A stretch of 64,000 nucleotides of DNA, from assembly GCA_963808115.1 (NCBI GenBank), contig CAWEEN010000001.1:59742-123741 (forward strand). The letters are read 5' to 3'. Made by a program: the position numbers and the translations under genes. Positions 53,305-64,000 of this stretch are shown piece by piece (positions within the stretch are counted from its first letter, which is position 1; the number at the start of each line of letters is the position of its first letter). Origin of the DNA: an uncultured Actinomycetota bacterium (lineage in GTDB: Bacteria > Actinomycetota > Actinomycetes > Propionibacteriales > Nocardioidaceae). The notes under the pieces are model-generated. The model saw only the letters and a list, made by a program, of their open reading frames with translations. It searched no databases and had not been told where the DNA came from.

Positions 53305-56300
53305 GTGCGGATCGGAGTGCTGGGTCCGCTGGAGATCGACGAGATCGACGCGCGACTCGGGACGCGGGACCGGATCGTCCTCGCAGCGTTGGCCGTGTGT
53401 CCGGGAGAGGTGCTCTCCCCGGAGCGCCTTGCAGACGCCGTCTGGGGGAACGACCCGCCTCCGTCGTGGTCGAAGAACCTGCAGGGCTGCATCAGCCGGC
53501 TTCGCAAGGTACTGGGCCACGACCTGATCGAGACGTGGGGCCAGGGCTACCGGCTCCGGGCCGGCATCGACGCCCTCGACGCGGTGGTGCTCACCGCGGC
53601 GGCTGCACGAGCCCGAGAGCTGATGGCCCTGCGCGAGTGCGAGCGGGCCCGTTACGTCGCCACCCAGGCGCTGGAGCTCTGGCGTGGGCGACCGTTCCAG
53701 GACCTGGAGCACTGGGAGCCGGGGCTGACCGAGGCGCACCGTCTGGATGAGGTGCATGCGGAGCTCGAAGAGCTGGTCGTCGAGGCGTCCCTGGAGTCCG
53801 GCCACCACGAAGAGGTCCTGTCCCGCGCCGCCGCGATGGTCGAGGCCGCCCCCTGGCGCGAGCGGCGCTGGGCGCTGCTGGCGCGGGCCCAGTACCTCTC
53901 GGGGCGGCAGACAGAGGCGCTGGGCACCCTGCGTCGGGTCAGGGTCGTCCTGTCCCGCGATCTCGGACTGGATCCGGGACCTGACCTGGCCGACCTGGAA
54001 CAGGCGATCCTGCGCCAGGACCCGGACCTGGCGGTCGAGGAGGCTGCCCGGGGGCGCGAGGACGTCTCCCCGTATCCCGGCCTCGCGGCGTACAGCGAGG
54101 ACGACGCAGAGTCGTTCTTCGGCCGCGATGAGGAGATCCGGACCTGCCTGGAACGGCTGGCTTCGGTCCGCCTGCTAGCTGTCGTGGGGCCGTCCGGGAG
54201 TGGCAAGTCCTCTCTGCTGCGCGCGGGGATCGCAGCGACGCTTCGGCGCGAGGGCACCCACGCGGTCGTCCTCACCCCCGGGCGGCATCCGATGGACGCC
54301 CTCACGTCGGCGGGTCGCCGACCGGCATCGGTTGTGCTGGTCGACCAGGCCGAGGAGGCGTTCTCCCTGTGCACCGACGACCACGAACGTGAGCGGTTCT
54401 TCGCCGCACTGGTCGACCAGACCGCACGAGGGCGCGTGGTGCTGGCGCTCCGCGCCGACCACACCGGAGACGTCGCAGCGACACCGGCCCTGGCGGCACT
54501 GGTGGAGCGCGGCCTGTTCCTGCTGGGGCCGATGTCCGCCGAGTCCCTCCTGGTCGCGATCGAGAATCCCGCGCGCCAGCACGGTCTGGTGCTCGAGCAC
54601 GGACTCACCGACCTCCTGCTCCGGGAGATCGAGGGGGAGCCCGGAGCCCTCCCCCTGCTCTCCCACGCACTCCGCGAGACCTGGCTCCGGCACGAGGGCC
54701 GGACCCTGACCGTGGCCGGCTACCAGGCCTCCGGCGGCGTCCGGGGCGCCGTCGCCCAGTCCGCCGAGGCGCTGTACGGCGGGCTCGGCGAGGACGAGCG
54801 CACGCAATTCCGAGACCTCGTCCTCCGCCTGGTGTTCCCGGGTCCCGGCGGCGAACCGCTGCGCGGCGAGGTGCCGCGCCACCAGGTTGTCGCGGACCCG
54901 ACCCAGGACCGGCTCATCGGCCTGATGGTCACGGCCCGGCTGGTCACCAGCGACGCCGACATGATCGAGCTGGCCCACGAGGCCGTGGTCCGCGCCTGGC
55001 CACGACTGCGCGGCTGGCTCGAGGACGACCTCGAGGGGCAACGGACCCGCCACCACCTCACCCAGGCCGCCGAGGACTGGGCCGGATCGGGGCACCAGCG
55101 CAGTGACCTCTACCGCGGCACACGCCTCGCCGCGACCCGCGAGTGGGTCGCCTCGTCGAAGCCGCGCCTCACCGACCTCGAGCGGCGGTTCCTGGCCGCC
55201 AGCGAGGAGCAGGCCGCTGTCGAAGAGGCGTCAGCGGTCGAGCTCGCGCACACCCGTGGACGCATGGTCCGACGGCTGCGCTTCGCCCTCGCCGGCGCCG
55301 CTGCGCTCCTCGTGCTGGCATTGATCACCGGATTCGTGGCGGTCGGCCAGACCGGGCGGGCGCGGGACGAAGCGGACGCCGCCCGCGCGCGTCAGCTCAG
55401 TGCCCAGGCACTGGGAGAAGCCGACCCTGCACTGAGTGCCCTCCTTGCGGTGGCCGCCGTCCGCATGGACAACACCCCTGCTACCCGGGCCAGCGTGGCG
55501 ACCGTCCTGGCGCGACACGCAGGCCTGGTCGCGACGAGCGCGCCCGTCGGCCCCGGTGTCGACCGCCTCGTCCTCAGCCCGGACGGAACGCGCCTGGCGA
55601 CCTACGACGAGCACAACGTCGTCTCGCTCGTCGACGTCGCCACCGGACGGGTCGTGGCGCACTACGACGCCCAAGGACCGGGTGGCGGGGACGAACAGAT
55701 CCTGCAGACCAGCCCGCTCGAGTTCAGCCCCGACGGCCGCACGCTCGCAGTCAGCGGCCAGGCCTACGCCCCGGCCAGCCTGGTGCTCCTGGACAGCTCG
55801 ACGCTCGCACCGCTGGCCACGCAGCCTCAGCACCTGCCCCGATGGCGCGCCAAGTCGCCGGACGTCGCCTTCTCCGCCGACGGACGCTTCCTCGCCGCCT
55901 CGTTCATGCTCCTGTCACCCCACAACGTCTCGATGGACGGGCACCCCGACCGCGCACGGACCCTGGTCTGGGACCTGTCACACCTCGCACGCCGTCCCGC
56001 GGTGATCGACGTTCCCGTCACGGGTTACGTCGAGCGCATGGCGCTCAGTCCCGACGGCAGCCGGGTCTACCTCAGCTCGCCCGTCGCGGCGTACTCCACG
56101 AGCTCCGGACGACGCCTGTGGCGCCTGCCCGGACCGGGCACCGACGTACCGATCGCACTGTCGACGGACGGGAGGCGACTGGCGGCGGCCTCCGGAAAGA
56201 ACCAGAACAAGATCACGCTCCTCGACACCCGGCGCGGGAGGCTGGTCCGCACGTTGACCGGGGCACCGACTCTCTGGGACGTCGACTTCTCCGACGACGC

Positions 56301-57504
56301 GAGCCAGATCGCCGCCGTGAGCAAATCACAGCTGCTCACGTGGGACATCACCTCGGACCGACCCACTCGGTCCATTCCGATCGGTGACGCCTATGGCGTC
56401 CAGCTCAACTCGACCGCGTCGAGGGCCTACGTCACCAACCCCCACGAAGGGACCCTGGTGACCTGGGACCTCAACGGACTCTCGTCCTACCTGCGTGAGG
56501 AGAAAGCCCTACCCAACCTGAACGGCGGGTTCTATCGACCTGCCGCTGACGGGGTGCACGTCGCCTCCTACACCGACAACGGTCTCGACGTGGTCAACCA
56601 GACAACGGGCACAGTCTCCCCGCTGCGCGAGGCCCGGGCGACCAGCTTCTTCGAGCCCGGGTCCTGGCGACCGGACGGACGACGGTTCGTCCAGGGAACC
56701 GCCGACGGCTACGTCCAGGTCTTCGACGACGCCGGCAGGCTCCGCACCGAGGCGCGAGTGGCGCGAGCCACGGTGACCGACGTGGACTACGCCAGCGGTG
56801 GCCGGACGATCGCCGTCAGCGACCTGACCGGCAAGGTCGCGCTGCTGAACGCCTCCACGATGACGCCTGCCGGCAAACCGGTGCAGCTCGACGGACCGGT
56901 CGCCGGCGTGACCCTGGCCCCCGACGGCCGGACGGCCTTCGTCGTCACCCACACCCACTCCTTGGCTCCCGCCACGTTGCCCGGGTTCGACGGCTGGGCC
57001 CTGCTGGACCTCCGGACCGGGTCGGTGATCCGCACCGGCAAGCTTCCGGAACCCACCTGGGCCTTCGACGACTTCTCCCCCGACGGCGTCCACGTGGCCG
57101 CAGGGTTCTTCGGCGGACGGGTCTGGATCGTCGACACCCGCACCGGGCAAACCGTCGACGCCATGGCGACGAACCACATATCGATCCTCTGGCTGGGCTG
57201 GTCCCCGGACGGGTCACGGATCCTCACCACGGACGCCCAAGGCACCCTGGGATTGTGGGACGCCTCCACCCTCACGATGCAAGACACCGTGACGGTGCCC
57301 GGAACCACCATCGCCGCGGGCCAGTTCCGCCCCGGCACGACCGACGTGACGATCCTGGACGGTTCCGGGCGCGTCCTCACCTGGGACACCCGGCCCGAGC
57401 GCGCCATCGAGCTCGCCTGCCGCATCGCAGGCCGCGACCTCACCGCCGACGAATGGCGCACCTACCTCGGCACCGGGTCACAGTTCCAGGTGTGCCCGGC
57501 CTGA
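53305..57504 (+). CDS. AfsR/SARP-type regulator: wHTH-BTAD, nSTAND1 NTPase, TM segment, WD40 repeats
   Basis: GVLGPLE, LELWRGRPF, PWRERRW, GLDPGPDL; SPYPGL, FFGRD, GPSGSGKS, VDQAEE, PGALPLLSHAL, AHEAV..WPRL; FSPDG repeats; C-terminal AC..AGRDLT..EW..Y. Confidence 0.9.
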   Translation: MRIGVLGPLEIDEIDARLGTRDRIVLAALAVCPGEVLSPERLADAVWGNDPPPSWSKNLQGCISRLRKVLGHDLIETWGQGYRLRAGIDALDAVVLTAAAARARELMALRECERARYVATQALELWRGRPFQDLEHWEPGLTEAHRLDEVHAELEELVVEASLESGHHEEVLSRAAAMVEAAPWRERRWALLARAQYLSGRQTEALGTLRRVRVVLSRDLGLDPGPDLADLEQAILRQDPDLAVEEAARGREDVSPYPGLAAYSEDDAESFFGRDEEIRTCLERLASVRLLAVVGPSGSGKSSLLRAGIAATLRREGTHAVVLTPGRHPMDALTSAGRRPASVVLVDQAEEAFSLCTDDHERERFFAALVDQTARGRVVLALRADHTGDVAATPALAALVERGLFLLGPMSAESLLVAIENPARQHGLVLEHGLTDLLLREIEGEPGALPLLSHALRETWLRHEGRTLTVAGYQASGGVRGAVAQSAEALYGGLGEDERTQFRDLVLRLVFPGPGGEPLRGEVPRHQVVADPTQDRLIGLMVTARLVTSDADMIELAHEAVVRAWPRLRGWLEDDLEGQRTRHHLTQAAEDWAGSGHQRSDLYRGTRLAATREWVASSKPRLTDLERRFLAASEEQAAVEEASAVELAHTRGRMVRRLRFALAGAAALLVLALITGFVAVGQTGRARDEADAARARQLSAQALGEADPALSALLAVAAVRMDNTPATRASVATVLARHAGLVATSAPVGPGVDRLVLSPDGTRLATYDEHNVVSLVDVATGRVVAHYDAQGPGGGDEQILQTSPLEFSPDGRTLAVSGQAYAPASLVLLDSSTLAPLATQPQHLPRWRAKSPDVAFSADGRFLAASFMLLSPHNVSMDGHPDRARTLVWDLSHLARRPAVIDVPVTGYVERMALSPDGSRVYLSSPVAAYSTSSGRRLWRLPGPGTDVPIALSTDGRRLAAASGKNQNKITLLDTRRGRLVRTLTGAPTLWDVDFSDDASQIAAVSKSQLLTWDITSDRPTRSIPIGDAYGVQLNSTASRAYVTNPHEGTLVTWDLNGLSSYLREEKALPNLNGGFYRPAADGVHVASYTDNGLDVVNQTTGTVSPLREARATSFFEPGSWRPDGRRFVQGTADGYVQVFDDAGRLRTEARVARATVTDVDYASGGRTIAVSDLTGKVALLNASTMTPAGKPVQLDGPVAGVTLAPDGRTAFVVTHTHSLAPATLPGFDGWALLDLRTGSVIRTGKLPEPTWAFDDFSPDGVHVAAGFFGGRVWIVDTRTGQTVDAMATNHISILWLGWSPDGSRILTTDAQGTLGLWDASTLTMQDTVTVPGTTIAAGQFRPGTTDVTILDGSGRVLTWDTRPERAIELACRIAGRDLTADEWRTYLGTGSQFQVCPA

Positions 57505-57511
57505 GGTGCAG

Positions 57512-59485
57512 TCACCGATCGGGCCCGGGGGCCGTGTGCCACCCGCGTCGGAGCGGCGGCCGCCCGCGCACGGGCTGGTACCCGTCGAACCTCGTCTCCA
57601 GGGTCCCCTCGCCGCCGGTGAGGTCCGGGAGCCGGCGCTGCAGCTCGTGGAGCCGCGTGGCGACCAGGCGCACCTCGAGGCGGGTGAGGTCGCCGACGGC
57701 GCTCTGACCCAGGAGCTCGGCTCCCCAGCGGGTCACCACCCGCTGCAGAGCGGAAGCGGTCTCCGTGGGGACCTCGAGCGAGACCCGCAGGAGCGGCTCG
57801 CAGACCCGGGTCCCGGCGCGGGCCAGCGCCTGCCGCAGGACGATCGGGGTGAGCTTGCGGTAGTCGAGTGCCGTCGGCAGGTCGCCGCGGGTCGACGGCG
57901 GCCCGTCCCAGGAGGCGTAGGCGGCCTCGGTGAGGGTGACCCGGCAGTCGGTGACCGCCCAGCCCATCAGGCCGTGCTGCAGGGTGCGCGCCACGTGGCG
58001 CTCCATCGCAGCGCCGAACGCCTCGGCACTCTTGAACAAGAAGAGGGGTACACCGCGTGACGGCACGTCCATGTCGAAGCGCAGCCCTGATCCGGGAGCG
58101 GTGGGCGAGATCCGCAGCCCGATCGTGGCGCCGTAGGGATTGGGGTAGGCGTTGAGCACCTCGACCGAGCTCCCCGACCGGCGCGGCCGCTCGACGTGGA
58201 GGACGCCGGCGTCGGCGAACGCGACCTCGATCCCGTGCTCCTCGGCCAGGGTCGACGCGATCACCTCCTGCTGGACGCGGCCGTAGAGCGACACCGTGGG
58301 CAGGCCGTCGTCGCCGGTGCGGACTGCGATCAGGGGGTCCTGGTCGGCGAGCTGGGCCAGCGCCGCCCGGAGCGCCGGACCCTGCTCGCGTCGTACGGCG
58401 CTCACGGAGGCCTCGAGCGTGGGCGGCGCGAAGTGGTGGTCGTCCGCCCGGGACGCCGCGCCGAACCCGTCGCCGACCCGCACCTCGGCCAGCCCGTGCA
58501 GCCGGCCGATCCGGCCGGCCCCGACGGCGTCGCTGCGGGTCCAGGCACCGGCGTCGTAAGTCTGCACGCCGGACACCTTGCCGACGCGACCGCCCGGGAG
58601 GTCGAGCCGCTGGCGGACCCGGACCGCGCCGGAGAACATCCGCACGTAGGCGACCTTCTCGCCGGCCGCGCCGCGCTCCACCTTGAACACCCGGCCCGTC
58701 GGGTCGCCGTCGTCGTCGCCCGGAGCCGTCGGGAGCAGGGCCGCGATCCCCTCCATCAGGTGGGGCACCCCGGCACCGGTGGCCGCGGAGCCGGCATACA
58801 GCGGGTGCACGAGGGCTGCGCCGGTCTGCCCCGCCACGGCCCGGTGCAGCCGGGCCCGGCCGCAGCGCTGCCCGTCGACGTAGGACGCGAGCAGGGCCTC
58901 GTCGTGCTCGGCGAGCACCTCGGTCTCCCGGTCGCGGAAGCTGGGGTCGTCAGGCGGGTACGGCGCGAACGTCGCCGCCCGCGTGCCCGACCCCACGACG
59001 TACCCCATCGGCAGCACGTGAGGGGTGAGCCGGCGCCGGATCGTGTCGACGACGCCGTCGAGATCGGCGCCGACCCGGTCGACCTTGTTCACGAAGAGGA
59101 GGGTCGGCACCCGGAGGCGCTGCAGCGCCCGCATCAGGATCCGGGTCTGCGGCTGGACTCCTTCGACGGCCGAGAGGACGAGGACGGCACCGTCGAGCAC
59201 GCCGAGCGAGCGCTCCACCTCGGCGATGAAGTCGGGGTGGCCCGGGGTGTCGACGACGTTGACGGTCGTGTCGCCGAGCGGGAACGCGACCACGGCGGCC
59301 TTGATGGTGATGCCGCGGCGACGCTCGAGGGCCAGCGAGTCCGTGCGGGTGGTGCCGGAGTCGACCGACCCCGGTGCGTCGATGACTCCTGCGAGGTGCA
59401 GGAGGCGCTCGGTGAGTGTGGTCTTACCGGCGTCGACGTGGGCGAGGATGCCCAGGTTGAGCGAGGCTTGCGGACGTGCTGGCAC
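57512..59485 (-). CDS. TetM/TetO/OtrA-family ribosomal protection GTPase (EF-G paralog)
   Basis: NLGILAHVDAGKTTLTERLL, ERRRGITI, DTPGHPDF, NKVD, LYGRVQQEV, NPYGATIGL, GWAVTDC; GTG 59485 with SD GAAGGGA; 657 aa. Confidence 0.9.
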   Translation of the reverse strand: MPARPQASLNLGILAHVDAGKTTLTERLLHLAGVIDAPGSVDSGTTRTDSLALERRRGITIKAAVVAFPLGDTTVNVVDTPGHPDFIAEVERSLGVLDGAVLVLSAVEGVQPQTRILMRALQRLRVPTLLFVNKVDRVGADLDGVVDTIRRRLTPHVLPMGYVVGSGTRAATFAPYPPDDPSFRDRETEVLAEHDEALLASYVDGQRCGRARLHRAVAGQTGAALVHPLYAGSAATGAGVPHLMEGIAALLPTAPGDDDGDPTGRVFKVERGAAGEKVAYVRMFSGAVRVRQRLDLPGGRVGKVSGVQTYDAGAWTRSDAVGAGRIGRLHGLAEVRVGDGFGAASRADDHHFAPPTLEASVSAVRREQGPALRAALAQLADQDPLIAVRTGDDGLPTVSLYGRVQQEVIASTLAEEHGIEVAFADAGVLHVERPRRSGSSVEVLNAYPNPYGATIGLRISPTAPGSGLRFDMDVPSRGVPLFLFKSAEAFGAAMERHVARTLQHGLMGWAVTDCRVTLTEAAYASWDGPPSTRGDLPTALDYRKLTPIVLRQALARAGTRVCEPLLRVSLEVPTETASALQRVVTRWGAELLGQSAVGDLTRLEVRLVATRLHELQRRLPDLTGGEGTLETRFDGYQPVRGRPPLRRGWHTAPGPDR

Positions 59486-59537
59486 GCGAGATCCCTTCGA
59501 GGCGGTGGAAGCGGACGGGAGCGTGCGGTGCTCGCAT
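59424..59537 (-). CDS. Putative leader peptide (37 aa) overlapping the OtrA-like start out of frame
   Basis: AAGGAGG, 7 nt, then ATG; MRAPHAPVRFHRLEGISRASTSASLAQPGHPRPRRRR-TAA. Confidence 0.5.
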   Translation of the reverse strand: MRAPHAPVRFHRLEGISRASTSASLAQPGHPRPRRRR

Positions 59538-59629
59538 CTCGCTGCCTCCTTCTCGTGGGTCTGGGGCCGGGCCGTCCGGTCACCGCCACCGTACGGCGTG
59601 GGGGCGCGACGGCTCCAGGGGTTTTCCGC

Positions 59630-59685
59630 GCGCCGCCCGGGTGCGCCGCCGGGTGGCCGCCGGTGCGCCGCCCGGGTGCGCCGCC
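59630..59685. repeat. Imperfect GC-rich tandem repeat, GCGCCGCC(C)GGGT x about 5
   Basis: Units start at 59630, 59643, 59655, 59665 and 59678. Confidence 0.65.
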
Positions 59686-59711
59686 TCGGCGCCCGCCGTA
59701 GGGTGCCGGTC

Positions 59712-60887
59712 ATGCTGGCTCGTCGGCGCGAGAGGTCGCTGCCCGTGGCCGGTCAGGTCACGTCGCTGGAGCTGTTCTTCGACCTGGTGTTCGTCTTCAC
59801 GATCACCCAGCTCACCGCCACCGTGCTGGTGGGTGGCTGGGCGGTCACCGGCCGGTCGGCGCTGCTGCTGCTGATCCTGTGGTGGATGTACGGCGGGTAC
59901 GCCTGGCTGACCAACGCCGCGCCCCCGGTCACCGCACGACGGCAGGCGCTGCTGGTGCTCGGCATGATCGGCAACTTCGTCACCGCGATGGCCATCCCCC
60001 ACGCCTACGGGTCCGACCGCGTGGTGTTCGCCGCCGGCTACCTGCTCGTGGTCGTCGTCCACGCCGGCATGTACGTCACCGAGGCGCGGCGGATCACGCG
60101 CGGCATGGTCGTCCAGCTGCTGGGGTGGAACATGCTCGGCGCCCTGCTCGGGCTGGTCGGTGCGCTGTTCTTCGAGGACATCCTGGTGTGGTGGTGGCTG
60201 GGGGCGTTCCTGGTCGCGGTGGTGCTGCCGCGGCTGGTGCGGGTCACCTCGCTCAACGACGTCGAGGACGACGGCGGACCGTCGTTCGAGCTGGTGCCCG
60301 GCCACTTCGTGGAGCGGCACGGGCTGATGCTGCTGATCGCGCTCGGGGAGTCGGTGCTGGCGATCGGGATCGGGATCGGGTCGGGCACCGAGGCCATCGG
60401 GTGGCAGCAGATCGCCTTCGCCGCGATCAGCCTGCTGCTCGCCACCACGCTCTACTGGGCGTACTTCGGCGTCGGCGAGGACCACCGTGCCGAGGCGGCC
60501 CTCGACGCGCTGCCGCCCGACCGGGCGCAGTCGGCCGGCCTGGCGTCGTACGGCTATGCGTTCTTCGTCGTCCTGTTCGGGATCGTGCTGTTCGCCGCCG
60601 GGCTGCACCACGCGCTCGTCCACCCGACGGAGCCGCTCACCTGGGAGTACGCCGGTCAGCTCTGCGTCGGGGTGGGGCTCTTCTGGGCGGGGCTCGGGCT
60701 GTTCCGGCTCGCCCTCGGGCTGTCGGGCGGGTGGCCGCGGATCGCCGGCGGCGTCGTCCTCAGCGGCCTGATCGTGGTCGGCGCGACCGTGTCCGGGCTG
60801 TCGGCCCTGGTCGCCCTGCTGCTGGGCTCGGCCGTGCTGATCCTGCTCGAGCGCCGTACCTCTGGGCGGTTGTCTGCCGTCACGTGA
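59712..60887 (+). CDS. Low temperature requirement protein A (LtrA) family membrane protein
   Basis: VTSLELFFDLVFVFTITQL, WWMYGGYAWLTN, HFVERHGL...IALGESV; TAGGGT 7 nt before ATG. Confidence 0.88.
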   Translation: MLARRRERSLPVAGQVTSLELFFDLVFVFTITQLTATVLVGGWAVTGRSALLLLILWWMYGGYAWLTNAAPPVTARRQALLVLGMIGNFVTAMAIPHAYGSDRVVFAAGYLLVVVVHAGMYVTEARRITRGMVVQLLGWNMLGALLGLVGALFFEDILVWWWLGAFLVAVVLPRLVRVTSLNDVEDDGGPSFELVPGHFVERHGLMLLIALGESVLAIGIGIGSGTEAIGWQQIAFAAISLLLATTLYWAYFGVGEDHRAEAALDALPPDRAQSAGLASYGYAFFVVLFGIVLFAAGLHHALVHPTEPLTWEYAGQLCVGVGLFWAGLGLFRLALGLSGGWPRIAGGVVLSGLIVVGATVSGLSALVALLLGSAVLILLERRTSGRLSAVT

Positions 60888-60928
60888 CCCCACGCTTCAC
60901 ACGGGCGCCAGCCCACCCGCGCTCCCGT

Positions 60929-60960
60929 CGCTTAGTAGGGGTTGCAACCCCTACTAAGCG
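60929..60960. repeat. Perfect 32-bp palindrome
   Basis: CGCTTAGTAGGGGTTGCAACCCCTACTAAGCG equals its own reverse complement. Confidence 0.9.
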
Positions 60961-61009
60961 CGGGGATCGCCGGTCGACCGGCGATCCCGGCGCGACACCC
61001 CCCCAGACG

Positions 61010-61046
61010 CAGCAACAGCCCCGGACCGAGGTCCGGGGCCGTGCTG
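61010..61046 (-). terminator. Hairpin downstream of tuf
   Basis: CAGCA.CAGCCCCGGAC-CGAG-GTCCGGGGC.GTGCTG. Confidence 0.65.
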
Positions 61047-61062
61047 GTGGTGCGGTCGTCGC

Positions 61063-61086
61063 GGTCTCGACAGGCTCGACCGACGA
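61063..61086. repeat. REP-like element
   Basis: GGTCTCGACAGGCTCGACCGACGA, the reverse complement of 25098-25121. Confidence 0.8.
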
Positions 61087-61093
61087 CGTCAGA

Positions 61094-62287
<1,194 letters not shown>

Positions 62288-62398
62288 TGTGGGCTCCTCC
62301 TGTTGTTGTCACTTGACTCGTTGATTCTGCTGGATAGCCGAGGGTCCGGCCAAATGCGGGTCGGATACCCGGGTCAGGCGACCCGGGATCCGGGGTGG

Positions 62399-64000
<1,602 letters not shown>

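Noticed and set aside
40700-61050. tuf-rpsJ block as a prophage or integrative element
   Set aside because: No integrase, transposase, phage genes or att repeats seen; it includes housekeeping genes (trmB, mug) with host-like codon usage.

Overview
High-GC actinobacterial chromosome segment; gene content and repeats resemble Nocardioidaceae (inference). The core is the minus-strand translation cluster: 3' part of fusA and tuf (61.1-64.0 kb), then the S10-spc-alpha clusters from rpsJ to rplQ (21.4-40.7 kb), including secY, adk, map, infA, rpmJ and rpoA. Three accessory blocks interrupt it. (1) tuf to rpsJ, about 20 kb: LtrA-like protein, OtrA/TetM-like ribosome-protection GTPase, SARP-STAND-WD40 regulator with a divergent small gene, mug, trmB, class III aminotransferase, and the RDD/SpoIIM/DUF58/MoxR/DUF4350/DUF4129 cluster. 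(2) map to infA: TerC and an NYN-domain protein. (3) rplQ to truA, about 12.5 kb: pfkB, oxidoreductases, SGNH hydrolase, hemerythrin, a secreted Ig-like protein, ArsR/SRPBCC, UPF0182 and a TrxB-like fusion. The left end has truA, a phosphotransferase, a methyltransferase and a four-gene ABC system. Many essential genes carry indels, so these are treated as sequencing/assembly errors. Best leads: (a) an NLR-like SARP-nSTAND-TM-WD40 regulator facing a small Cys-pair membrane peptide gene across three GCGGTATC repeats spaced 22 and 11 bp; (b) the same ~48-aa domain appended to both L4 and L17 (35/48 identical); (c) an overlapping leader uORF with a strong SD before the OtrA-like gene. All family calls come from motif recognition; no database search was run.
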